A DNA stretch of 64,000 nt from contig JBNGBT010000002.1 in assembly GCA_049903315.1 (NCBI GenBank), positions 160,001 through 224,000 on the forward strand, written 5' to 3'. Of the stretch, positions 44,159-53,181 are shown piece by piece (the first letter of the stretch is position 1; the number at the start of each line of letters is the position of its first letter). The notes beneath the pieces were generated by a model. That model worked only from the letters and a program-made list of their open reading frames with translations. It made no database searches and was not told the origin of the DNA. The translations under genes were made by a program, and so were the position numbers. This stretch comes from Candidatus Cloacimonadota bacterium. Its GTDB lineage: Bacteria > Cloacimonadota > Cloacimonadia > JGIOTU-2.

Positions 44159-45286
44159 ATGAAAAAAAGAAAGGCAAGAAACTACGGTATTTTTACCATA
44201 TTTCTTATTGCATTTCTCTTCATCACTTCTCTTGCTATAGCTGGTCCGGGATCAAAAATACCTGCAAAAGCAAAAAACACAACCGAAAAGAAGGTCGCAG
44301 AAAATGTCACTGACAAGAAAGAGAAAGTAGAAACAACGCCTACCAAACAGAAGAATAAGACAACTGACGATGAAAAAGAGAAATCTGCCGTAAAAAAGAA
44401 GGTCGAAGTCATAACTGTTCCCAATAAGAAAAAAAGCGAAGATAAAACTCCGAATATTCAGATCGAGAAGACTAAAGTTGAACCTTCTTATGAAAAGAAA
44501 AATACAACTAGTTCAGATAAGATCTATGATAATCAACAATATCATCAGAATGCTGATAAGGATGTTTCTTCAAAGAATGATTTGATCATACATTCAAAAT
44601 CCTCAATCGATAAGAATACTGGTACTGATAGTGATATGATTGAGAACTATATCAAAGAAAAATCACACGGGATCCCTTCGAATTACATTTCTCCAAGGCA
44701 GATTCTCGAGCCTGAGGAGATTGAACACAACAATGATGTCCAGATCATAATCTACAATAATATTGAATATCGATGGTATTACGGATATTATTACGAGCCC
44801 TGGAATGGCTGCTATAGAAGAACATGGCCTTGTTTTGGATGGCGGATAAGCTGGCTCCCGCCATACTATTATACCTTCTGGTGGCGTGACATCGAGTATT
44901 ATTACTGTTGCAATGTCTATTATATATATTATGAAGATGAAGAAGAATATGTGGTTGTTCGTCCTCCGATTGGAGCGCTTGTCGAAACAATACCGGATTA
45001 CAGCGAGAAGCTCATCGTTGAAGGAGAAACGTACTTCATTGCTGATGGTATCCAATATAAAGCGGTTATAGTAAACGATGAAATTTGGTTCAAGGTCTTG
45101 AAATTCACTGAGAAAAACGAATATGCTGTCATTGAGCTGCCTGTTGGTTCACTCGTTGAGATTATACCTGGTGAGCGAGACTTGCTGTTTATTGATGGAG
45201 AAACCTACTACATTGCTGATAATGTCCAATATAAAGCAGTGATTGTGAATGACGAAATTTGGTTCAAGGTATTAAAAGTCGGATAG
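44159..45286 (+). CDS. Hypothetical exported protein with duplicated C-terminal (DUF6515-like) domain
   Basis: Signal peptide, K/E/T low-complexity tract, Y/W-rich tract, two PxGxLVExIP..GETYxIADxxQYKAVIVNDEIWFKVLK repeats. Confidence 0.7.
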   Translation: MKKRKARNYGIFTIFLIAFLFITSLAIAGPGSKIPAKAKNTTEKKVAENVTDKKEKVETTPTKQKNKTTDDEKEKSAVKKKVEVITVPNKKKSEDKTPNIQIEKTKVEPSYEKKNTTSSDKIYDNQQYHQNADKDVSSKNDLIIHSKSSIDKNTGTDSDMIENYIKEKSHGIPSNYISPRQILEPEEIEHNNDVQIIIYNNIEYRWYYGYYYEPWNGCYRRTWPCFGWRISWLPPYYYTFWWRDIEYYYCCNVYYIYYEDEEEYVVVRPPIGALVETIPDYSEKLIVEGETYFIADGIQYKAVIVNDEIWFKVLKFTEKNEYAVIELPVGSLVEIIPGERDLLFIDGETYYIADNVQYKAVIVNDEIWFKVLKVG

Positions 45287-45490
45287 AGTTCACATAGAAG
45301 GAAAACAATTTTTAGTCTCCTGTAGAATAGGATTTTTTTGAGAAAAAATGTGTAAGAAGTGAATTATTTGACAAATAATCCAACTCTAAACCTATTATCG
45401 AACTATCATAATTATTTAATGTGAGCATTACAACATGTGTTAATTAATGCTTAATGTATTTCATAAAATTACACTTAGTGAGGAGATATC

Positions 45491-46624
45491 GTGGATAGAT
45501 TAGTAGAGTATTTCATTTCGTTAGTGGAAATTGATAGTGAATCTAGAGATGAAAAGAGAGTAGCTGAGAAGATTGCAAATGATCTAACTGAAATGGGGGC
45601 AGAAGTTATTTTCGATCATGCACATCATGCCACAAAGGGAAATGTGGGAAATCTCATTGCTAATTTCAAAGGAAAAATAGATAAATCCCCTTTACTTCTA
45701 TGCGCTCATACAGATACCGTAAAACCGGGCATAGGAGTCAAAGCTATTATAAAAGACGGCTATATAACAACTGATGGATCAACAATCCTCGGCAGCGATG
45801 ATAAAGCTGGTATTGCTCAAATCGTTGAGGCGATAAAACGCCTTCATGAAGAAGGTTATGAATATGCTCCGTTACAGGTTCTGTTTACCATTTCTGAAGA
45901 GATCGGTCTGCTTGGCGCAAAGAATCTTGATTATTCTCTTATCGATGCTAAGGTCGGCTTTGCCCTTGACTGGCACGGAGTATGTTCCATTGTTACCCAT
46001 GCTCCTTCATTGAATATTTTTGAGATCGTTGTGAATGGAAAGGAAGCACACGCTGGCGGGTCTCCGGAAAAAGGCATCAATGCGATCCAGGTTGCCGGTG
46101 AAGCTATCGGTAAGCTAAAACTTGGAAGAATTGATTTTGAGACCACTGCAAATATTGGAAATATCAAAGGCGGACTTGCGCATAATATTGTCCCGAAAAC
46201 ATGTTTTGTCAGTGGTGAAGTCCGAAGCCATGATGAGGAAAAACTAGAGAAAATCACAAATAATATTATTAAGACATTTGAAAAAGTTGCTGCGAAGTAT
46301 AAGGTGAAGTTTGATTCGAATGTATTTCAGGCTTCCTCGCATGGACATGTATTAAAGGATTTCGTTGCTCTTCAGATCAGTGAAGACGAAGAGATCGTGA
46401 AAATTGCGGAGAAAGCAGCGCGAAATATCGGTGTCGAGCCAAAAATAGAAACTGGTGGTGGCGGGAGTGATGCAAATGTATTTGCTGAACATGGGCTTAC
46501 TGTCCCTATTATTGGCACAGGTATGAACGATGTGCATTCCACACACGAAAATATTAAAATTGATGATCTGGAAAAAGTAACTCAATGGGTTGTTGAAATA
46601 ATAAAAGAATATAGTAAAAAATAA
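45491..46624 (+). CDS. M20 family peptidase (peptidase T-like)
   Basis: AHTDTV, LGSDDKAG, SEEIGLLG, GGGSDAN, HSTHE. Confidence 0.9.
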   Translation: MDRLVEYFISLVEIDSESRDEKRVAEKIANDLTEMGAEVIFDHAHHATKGNVGNLIANFKGKIDKSPLLLCAHTDTVKPGIGVKAIIKDGYITTDGSTILGSDDKAGIAQIVEAIKRLHEEGYEYAPLQVLFTISEEIGLLGAKNLDYSLIDAKVGFALDWHGVCSIVTHAPSLNIFEIVVNGKEAHAGGSPEKGINAIQVAGEAIGKLKLGRIDFETTANIGNIKGGLAHNIVPKTCFVSGEVRSHDEEKLEKITNNIIKTFEKVAAKYKVKFDSNVFQASSHGHVLKDFVALQISEDEEIVKIAEKAARNIGVEPKIETGGGGSDANVFAEHGLTVPIIGTGMNDVHSTHENIKIDDLEKVTQWVVEIIKEYSKK

Positions 46625-46651
46625 ATACTTCTCAAAGAAGGGAGTAGCAGA

Positions 46652-47794
46652 ATGAAAAAATATTTATTAGCACCCGGTCCTACACCGGTTCCCGAACAAA
46701 TCCTGCAGGTTATCTCAGAGCCAATGGTTCATCACAGAACCCCTGCATTCAAAGCAAAAGTAGGAAAAGCGATCGAGGGTCTGAAATATATTTTCCAGAC
46801 CAAAAATGATGTATTGATTTTTACCGCAAGCGGCACTGGCGCAATGGAAGGAGCGATTTCCAATGTACTCAATCCCGGAGATAAGGCAATTATCATTCGC
46901 GGTGGGAAATTCGGTGAACGCTGGGGTGAGATCGCTGAGAAATTCGGTGTACAACCACTGTACATCGATATCGAGTGGGGGACTGCAGTTGATCCCGCTC
47001 TTGTAGAAAAACTCCTCGAAGAAAATCCTGATGTGAAGAGTGTGTACACTCAGCTTACAGAAACCTCGACTTGTAGTGTTCAACCGGTAAAAGAACTCGG
47101 TGAAATTGTGAGTAAAACAGACACATTACTCGTCATCGATGCGATTTCCGGTCTTGGCGGACAGGAATTCTATATGGATGACTGGAAGGTCGATATCTGC
47201 GTTGCGGGTTCTCAAAAGGGTCTGATGCTTCCTCCCGGACATGCATATGCGGCAGTGAGTGAGAAAGCATGGAAAATGATCGGTACATGTACTCAGCCGA
47301 ATTATTATTTTAATTGGAAAAAGTATCGCAAAAAACTTGCGGAAAACACGGATCCCTACACTGGTTCAGTAATCCACATCAATGGTTTACTCGTTGCAAT
47401 CGATATGATTAAAGAACGTGGACTTGAGAACATGTTCTATCAGTATCATGTGCTTGCAAAAGCAGTCCGTGCAGCAGTAGCAGCACTTGGATTGGAACTG
47501 TATGCAAATCCTTCCTGCGATGTCGCAACAGCGGTAAAAGTACCCGAGTCAGTAGATGGACTCGCACTTGTGAAAAATCTCCGTGATAAATATGGCTTTA
47601 CAATTGCAGGTGGACAAGCTCCCATCAAAGGCAAGATATTCCGCATCGCACACATGGGATATATTGAAATATTCGATATTGTTTCAGTTATTTCTGCCTT
47701 GGAAATCGTGCTCAACGAACTTGGATGGAAATTTACTTGGGGTGCAGGACTTGCTGCAGCTCAGGAAGTACTTGCAAAAGAATATAAATTCTAA
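46652..47794 (+). CDS. Class V PLP aminotransferase (alanine-glyoxylate/serine-pyruvate type)
   Basis: LAPGPTPVP, SGTGAME, DAISG, GSQKGLMLPPG, FRIAHMG. Confidence 0.92.
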   Translation: MKKYLLAPGPTPVPEQILQVISEPMVHHRTPAFKAKVGKAIEGLKYIFQTKNDVLIFTASGTGAMEGAISNVLNPGDKAIIIRGGKFGERWGEIAEKFGVQPLYIDIEWGTAVDPALVEKLLEENPDVKSVYTQLTETSTCSVQPVKELGEIVSKTDTLLVIDAISGLGGQEFYMDDWKVDICVAGSQKGLMLPPGHAYAAVSEKAWKMIGTCTQPNYYFNWKKYRKKLAENTDPYTGSVIHINGLLVAIDMIKERGLENMFYQYHVLAKAVRAAVAALGLELYANPSCDVATAVKVPESVDGLALVKNLRDKYGFTIAGGQAPIKGKIFRIAHMGYIEIFDIVSVISALEIVLNELGWKFTWGAGLAAAQEVLAKEYKF

Positions 47795-47810
47795 TATTGA
47801 ATAACAATAT

Positions 47811-47840
47811 AAGGCGGGATCATTCCCGCCTTTCTTATTT
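47811..47840 (+). terminator. Intrinsic terminator
   Basis: AAGGCGGGA-TCAT-TCCCGCCTT followed by TCTTATTT. Confidence 0.7.
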
Positions 47841-47842
47841 AT

Positions 47843-49054
47843 ATGTCTGTAAAAATACTATCAATACAACCTAATACCCTTGCGGAAGAAATCGGATTAC
47901 AATCGGAAGATATTCTCATTTCGATAAATGGTCACGAAATACAAGATGTGCTCGATTACATTTTTTATCAAGCTGAAGAGAAACTCACATTAAGAATACA
48001 GCGCGGAGAGCACACGTTCACTCATTTTTTCGAGAAGAAGATTGATGAAGATATCGGGCTTGAAATCTACCCGCTCAAGGTTCGAAAGTGCGGCTGCAAC
48101 TGCATCTTTTGCTTCGTTGATCAGATACATCCCGATGCACGAGCTTCATTAAAAGTAAAAGACGATGATTTCCGGCTTTCCTTTTTTCATGGGAATTTTA
48201 TTACACTTTCAAATATGACTGAGAAAGATTTTCAAAGGATCATCGAGCAGCATCTTTCGCCTTTGTATATTTCTGTGCATTCGACTAATGATGCGCTGCG
48301 CCAGAAGATCATGCGGTACAAACACGAGATATCAATAATGGATAAGCTCTCATTTTTCGCTAATAATGGCATTACTTTGCATACACAGATCGTGCTTGTT
48401 CCCGGCTGGAATGACAGAGACGAGTTAAGAAAAACGGTCTATGACCTTGCTTCTCTTTATCCGGCTGTGCAATCTATAGGCATCGTACCTGTTGGACTGA
48501 CCAAATTCCGAAATAATCTCCCCGAGCTTTCGAAGGTGAGTCCGTCTCAGGCAAAGGAAGTAATCGTACGGTCTGAAAAATGGAGAACGAACTTTAAAGA
48601 AAAATATGATTCCGGTATTGTTTCCCTTGCTGATGAATTCTATCTACTTGCTGGAGAGTCCATACCGGAATCGGACTATTATGAAGGATACCCGCAAATT
48701 GAGAACGGCATCGGCATGGTGAAAGAATTTATTGATAATTGGGATGAGTATTCCTCAAATTTACTTAAACAACAAAAGAATAAGAAAGTCCTTTTTGTGA
48801 CAGGAGTTGCATTTTATCCAATCTTGGAAAATCTGGTAATAACTTTCAACTCAAAGCATGATCAAAATTGGAAAGTCATTCAGGTTGAAAACGAATTTCT
48901 CGGCAAAGATGTAACAGTTGCGGGTTTGCTTGCAGGTCAGGATGTCATAAGAGCAATTCAAACAGAAAAATATGATGTACTCATGCTTCCTGAGGAGATG
49001 TTAAATGTAGATGGTGTGACGCTGGATGGAATGAAAATTGAGGATATCAAGTGA
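47843..49054 (+). CDS. PDZ + radical-SAM-like DUF512 protein
   Basis: N-terminal PDZ-like region, CGCNCIFCFVDQ, KDDDFRLSF, LYISVH, QIENGIGM, VTVAGLL. Confidence 0.85.
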   Translation: MSVKILSIQPNTLAEEIGLQSEDILISINGHEIQDVLDYIFYQAEEKLTLRIQRGEHTFTHFFEKKIDEDIGLEIYPLKVRKCGCNCIFCFVDQIHPDARASLKVKDDDFRLSFFHGNFITLSNMTEKDFQRIIEQHLSPLYISVHSTNDALRQKIMRYKHEISIMDKLSFFANNGITLHTQIVLVPGWNDRDELRKTVYDLASLYPAVQSIGIVPVGLTKFRNNLPELSKVSPSQAKEVIVRSEKWRTNFKEKYDSGIVSLADEFYLLAGESIPESDYYEGYPQIENGIGMVKEFIDNWDEYSSNLLKQQKNKKVLFVTGVAFYPILENLVITFNSKHDQNWKVIQVENEFLGKDVTVAGLLAGQDVIRAIQTEKYDVLMLPEEMLNVDGVTLDGMKIEDIK

Positions 49055-49062
49055 TACTTAAT

Positions 49063-49734
49063 TTATAGAAAATCATTTGAATGCTCAATAAGTTCAGGGT
49101 AATTATTCGCCGGAGAGTTAACCTCTTGCGAGACCTCATAAAAATCAAGATCACTGTGAGAATAGGGGACAAGCAATTGTTTCAATTCTTTTACATTACG
49201 ATTATTGAACCACATTGAAAAGTCACTTTCAGATAGGATGACAGGCATGCGCGGATGTATCGATTTGATAACTTGAGAAGCATCGGTTGTAATAATGCTG
49301 CACGAAATGACCTTCTCACCAACAGGGGATTTCCAATTATCATATATGCCTGCAAAGCAGAATGGTTTGTTATCCTTGAGATGGATGAAATAGGGGAATT
49401 TCTGCGTGCCACGCTTTTGCCACTCATAAAAACCGTTCGCAACTATAAGGCAACGCCTTTTCTGGAATGAGTGTTTGAAACTCGGTTTTTCATCAATCGT
49501 TTCAGAACGTGCATTGATAAGCTTGGAACCAATTGCAATATCCTTCGCCCAGAAGGGAATTAAGCCCCATCTCATCGCAGTAAGTTTTGAACCTCCATTT
49601 TCATCAAGTATCACAGCAACATCTTGAGTTGGAGCAATATTATTACTTGGTTCGAGTTCGATCTCAATTTGATCGAGATTAAATATTTCCTTTATCTCTT
49701 TTGCTGTGTTAATTCTGGCAAATCTTCCGCACAT
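49063..49734 (-). CDS. SOS-response-associated peptidase (SRAP; YedK/HMCES family)
   Basis: N-terminal MCGRF, NIAPTQ, WGLIPFW, INARSET, GFYEW, IHPRMPVIL. Confidence 0.93.
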   Translation of the reverse strand: MCGRFARINTAKEIKEIFNLDQIEIELEPSNNIAPTQDVAVILDENGGSKLTAMRWGLIPFWAKDIAIGSKLINARSETIDEKPSFKHSFQKRRCLIVANGFYEWQKRGTQKFPYFIHLKDNKPFCFAGIYDNWKSPVGEKVISCSIITTDASQVIKSIHPRMPVILSESDFSMWFNNRNVKELKQLLVPYSHSDLDFYEVSQEVNSPANNYPELIEHSNDFL

Positions 49735-49736
49735 TG

Positions 49737-51032
49737 TTACTCCTTATTGTCATCTGCTTTCACCACCCTGATTTGATCCCACTGCGTGGTAAAATGCGGT
49801 GATTTATGTGCTCGCTTCATCATCCATGGTTTTTTTATACCAGTTGCTGCGTAATGCAGAGTACTGCTGCCCCATTTCTTGTTTATATTGTCGATTATCT
49901 CCGTAAGCCGTTTGTTCCTGCTATGAAAGTATGATTCGGTAAAGAGATTCAATTGGTATTTATCCTGCTCGACAATGCCGCTTAACATAACTCCGGCTTT
50001 TTTGTAACGATATCCTTTCCGATAGATTCTTTTCAGATTTTCGTGTGCGTGTTTGATGAAATCCGCAGTACTGTCTGTCGCTTCCGGCAGTTCATACATA
50101 TAAGCATTTGAATATTGCGGTTCTTTTGGCTTGAATCTATTTGTCGCCACAAATACCTGAATGAAGGATGCAAGGCATTTCTGTCTTCTGAGTTTTTCTA
50201 AGGCAGTTGTAACATATGTCGCCACTGCTTCTTCCATTTCTTCAAGCGTCTCGACCGGACGCCCAAATGAGCGTGAACTTACAATCTCTTTTTTATGAGG
50301 AGCGACCTCTTCTAAATCGATGGAAGGGATACCTCGAAGTTCAAAAACAGTTGCAAGCCCCATGACAGTCATATTTTTCTTCACCCATTTATCTGGAGCA
50401 TATTTTAGATCATATGCAGTGTGAAAGTTATTGCGCTTCAAGAGCTTTTCGTATTGCCAGCCCACTCCCCAGATGTCTGACACATCTACCTTTCTCAGGA
50501 ATTCATCAATTTCATGTTCACTGAACGGGGTTATATCGAGCACTCCTTTATACTTCTTGCTCTTCTTTGCAAAACGGTTCGCTACTTTCGCCAGAGTTTT
50601 TGTTTCCGCAATACCAATAGTAACGGGAATGCCGGTCCAGTTCGTGACAGTATTTTTGATCTTCCATCCATACTCAGTGAGGTCTCTATCAGCAAAACCT
50701 GACAATCCGAGAAAAGCTTCATCGATTGAGTAAATCTCAAGGTCTGGACTGAATTGCTCAAGTGTTTGCATCACACGATGCGACATGTCGCCATAAAGAG
50801 CATAATTTGAAGAGAAAACATAAATATTATGTTTTTTAATAAGATACTCGGCTTCGAAGACAGGTTTGCCAAAAGGCATTCCAAACGCTTTTGCTTCGTT
50901 AGAACGAGCTACGACGCACCCGTCATTATTTGAGAGAACAATAATTGGTCTGCCCTCAAGGTCTGGTCTGAAGACTCGCTCGCAGGAAGCATAGAAATTA
51001 TTACAATCAACAAGTGCGACTATGTTTTTCAT
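49737..51032 (-). CDS. umuC: Y-family DNA polymerase V catalytic subunit
   Basis: VDCNNFYASCE, VLSNNDGC, YSIDEAF, C-terminal WMMKR..SPHFTT; start placed at MKNIVAL. Confidence 0.93.
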   Translation of the reverse strand: MKNIVALVDCNNFYASCERVFRPDLEGRPIIVLSNNDGCVVARSNEAKAFGMPFGKPVFEAEYLIKKHNIYVFSSNYALYGDMSHRVMQTLEQFSPDLEIYSIDEAFLGLSGFADRDLTEYGWKIKNTVTNWTGIPVTIGIAETKTLAKVANRFAKKSKKYKGVLDITPFSEHEIDEFLRKVDVSDIWGVGWQYEKLLKRNNFHTAYDLKYAPDKWVKKNMTVMGLATVFELRGIPSIDLEEVAPHKKEIVSSRSFGRPVETLEEMEEAVATYVTTALEKLRRQKCLASFIQVFVATNRFKPKEPQYSNAYMYELPEATDSTADFIKHAHENLKRIYRKGYRYKKAGVMLSGIVEQDKYQLNLFTESYFHSRNKRLTEIIDNINKKWGSSTLHYAATGIKKPWMMKRAHKSPHFTTQWDQIRVVKADDNKE

Positions 51033-51050
51033 ATTATAACAAAACAATTC

Positions 51051-51603
51051 AGAATAGCACGCAGATCCACGCAGATCGAGCAGATTTTCGCTGAAAAATT
51101 TTTCTTTTATATTTTTTAAGCATTTTTTTTATGTAGTATGATTCTACTTGATTTTATTTGAAAATATTTTTCTTCTTACTTCAGGTTTTTTCCCAAAGTT
51201 AAGAATGAGTCCAATTTCGTATTTTGTTGCCTTAAGATAGTTAATTATTTGAGTATCATCTTCTGGACTAAGAAATTTGTTAGCTTTTAATTCTATTAAA
51301 ATTTTATCTTCTACAACCAGATCTGCAAAATAGTCTCCAACCAACTTGTCCCGATAATATACTTTTATTGGTTTCTGTGATTCAACAGAGAAACCTTTTA
51401 ATTCCAATTCAAACTTGAGTGATTTTTCATATACTTTCTCTAAAAAGCCATATCCAAGTAGATTATACACTTTGAAGAAACAGTGAATAATATCATCTGT
51501 TAAATCAGAAAATTTATATTTCATCTATTTCATCCTTAGCATGTTTTTTATTTTCTTTATCAGCGCTTATCAGTATAATCAGTGTTCATCAGTGTCCCAT
51601 TCT
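51051..51603. mobile_element. Putative element: GxxExxY gene between 48-nt phased inverted arms
   Basis: Left arm 51051-51098 and reverse complement of right arm 51556-51603 align ungapped (31/48) with four CRCWGAT units in register; mobility is inferred. Confidence 0.6.
51144..51524 (-). CDS. GxxExxY protein (PD-(D/E)XK nuclease-like)
   Basis: 126 aa, GFLEKVY signature, ADLVVEDKILIELKA, QIINYLKAT..GLILNFG. Confidence 0.92.
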   Translation of the reverse strand: MKYKFSDLTDDIIHCFFKVYNLLGYGFLEKVYEKSLKFELELKGFSVESQKPIKVYYRDKLVGDYFADLVVEDKILIELKANKFLSPEDDTQIINYLKATKYEIGLILNFGKKPEVRRKIFSNKIK

Positions 51604-51605
51604 TT

Positions 51606-51747
51606 TTAATAGAAATCAGTTCCACGAAGATTAAGCAGATTCCCCTGATGGCGTATACAGATAAATATTTTATAATAAATTTTATTTATCATTTATTATT
51701 TTTTTAGTGTTCATCAGTTTGACCAGCGTTCATCTGCGTTCCATTCT
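51606..51747. repeat. Empty copy of the phased inverted-arm element
   Basis: Left arm 51606-51649 and right arm 51700-51747 align with the arms of 51051-51603; AT-rich filler between. Confidence 0.7.
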
Positions 51748-52217
51748 TATATCGGTTTGTGTATAACATAAGTAACCACGCCCCAGATGTGGAAATCCAT
51801 GTCATCAGTGATCTCGAGAGGTTTGAAATTGATATTGCTGGACTGCAGATAGAGTTTATCGTTTTGATGCCAGATCCTCTTCACGGTGAGTTCGCCATTC
51901 ACTGCTGCGATCACTATTTTTTGCTTTTCTGCTTGAACTGATCTGTCAACAATGAGTAAATCTCCGGAATGTATTGCAGCATCGATCATAGAATCACCTT
52001 CCACCCGGACAAAAAAAGTTGCTGCAGGATGCTTGATAAGGAATTTGTTCAAATCAAGTGTGGATTCGATATAGTCGCTTGCTGGAGAAGGGAATCCGGC
52101 TGTGATCTCCGATTTGTACATAGGAAGTTCGAGTTCTATGCCCTCTTCATAACTCATGATCTTCGCGATACCCTTTCCTCGTTTCAAGGGACGGATATTA
52201 TTATCTTTTTGCTTCAT
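51747..52217 (-). CDS. umuD: DNA polymerase V accessory subunit (S24 autopeptidase)
   Basis: TAGFPSPA cleavage site, HPAATFFVRVEGDSM, ELTVKR, WGVVT; start uncertain (52217 overlaps the yggS end). Confidence 0.92.
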   Translation of the reverse strand: MKQKDNNIRPLKRGKGIAKIMSYEEGIELELPMYKSEITAGFPSPASDYIESTLDLNKFLIKHPAATFFVRVEGDSMIDAAIHSGDLLIVDRSVQAEKQKIVIAAVNGELTVKRIWHQNDKLYLQSSNINFKPLEITDDMDFHIWGVVTYVIHKPI

Positions 52218-52881
52218 ATTTACACGCTCTTGCTCCAAATAATTTTGTGCCAATCCGTATGATATTCGCACCTTCTTCGATGGCAATTTTATAGGAATTG
52301 CTCATACCCATAGAAAGAAATTTCATTTCAATATTCGGAATGTCCAGCTTTGCAATATGATCGAAAATCTTCCGTGTTTCCACAAAATAGGAACGCGCAT
52401 CTTCAGGATCGCCGGTAAAAGGTCCCATAGTCATGAGTCCCATTATCTTTACGTGAGGAAGCAGTGCAATTTCTCTTATAAGTTGTTCAACATCTTCCGG
52501 CATCACGCCATTCTTCTGCGGTTCACGTCCGCTGTTTACCTCAATGAGGATAGACATAATTTTATTATTGAGCTCAGCATATTTATCAATTTTTCGTGCA
52601 AGTTTGAGGGTATCAACTGTCTCGATCATATCAAAAATTGGCACAACCTGTACAACTTTGTTACTTTGTAGATGTCCGATGAAATGCCACCGTGCTTTAT
52701 CACCAATTATTTCATGAACAGCAACTGCTTCCTGTACATAATTTTCACCAATTTTATTTATGCCTGCTTCTATTGCTTCAAGGATTTCCTCAGCAGTTCT
52801 CGTCTTGGCAGCAGCAACCAACTCGATGCCTTCAGGAATTTCGGAAAGTAAACGTTTAACATTCTCTGTTATTAAACTCAT
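52201..52881 (-). CDS. yggS: PLP homeostasis protein YggS/PROSC
   Basis: GENYVQE, WHFIGHLQSNK, GLMTM, LSMGMS, IRIGTKLFG. Confidence 0.95.
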   Translation of the reverse strand: MSLITENVKRLLSEIPEGIELVAAAKTRTAEEILEAIEAGINKIGENYVQEAVAVHEIIGDKARWHFIGHLQSNKVVQVVPIFDMIETVDTLKLARKIDKYAELNNKIMSILIEVNSGREPQKNGVMPEDVEQLIREIALLPHVKIMGLMTMGPFTGDPEDARSYFVETRKIFDHIAKLDIPNIEMKFLSMGMSNSYKIAIEEGANIIRIGTKLFGARACKYEAKR

Positions 52882-53027
52882 TATGTCCTTTCATAACTAA
52901 TCACACATTATGAACAACATTCATCTTGATGAACATTCCTTTGTCAACTCCTATCTCATTACATTGAATATCCAATATCCAGCAAGGAATGTTCAATGAT
53001 GAAGTATTTTTCAGGAAAATTACTTAA

Positions 53028-53076
53028 AAATCATCAATCTGAAATCAATAATCTTAAATCATAAATCTCCAATCTT
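53028..53076. repeat. 7-nt phased array (NAATCNN x7)
   Basis: AAATCAT CAATCTG AAATCAA TAATCTT AAATCAT AAATCTC CAATCTT. Confidence 0.8.
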
Positions 53077-53181
53077 ACAACATGCTCATTGTTCTTAATT
53101 TTCAAAACGATATTTATAAAAAAGTAAGTTGCTGTAACCAGCAGAGTTATTTCTGTTAGCACAGTTATTTTTTTTTATTTT

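Noticed and set aside
44940..45286. Internal DNA repeat as a variable cassette or DGR target
   Set aside because: Differences are largely synonymous and both copies are in frame in one ORF, so this is an ordinary domain duplication.
45424..45452. AGCATTA...TAATGCT inverted repeat in the peptidase 5' region as a riboswitch or operator
   Set aside because: Short, AT-rich, single occurrence, and no match to a riboswitch consensus I recognise.
53076..53161. Integron attC site after the 219-aa orphan (minus strand TGCTAAC...GTTGTAA)
   Set aside because: The R boxes match poorly, I could not build the L-box stem, and no integrase is present.
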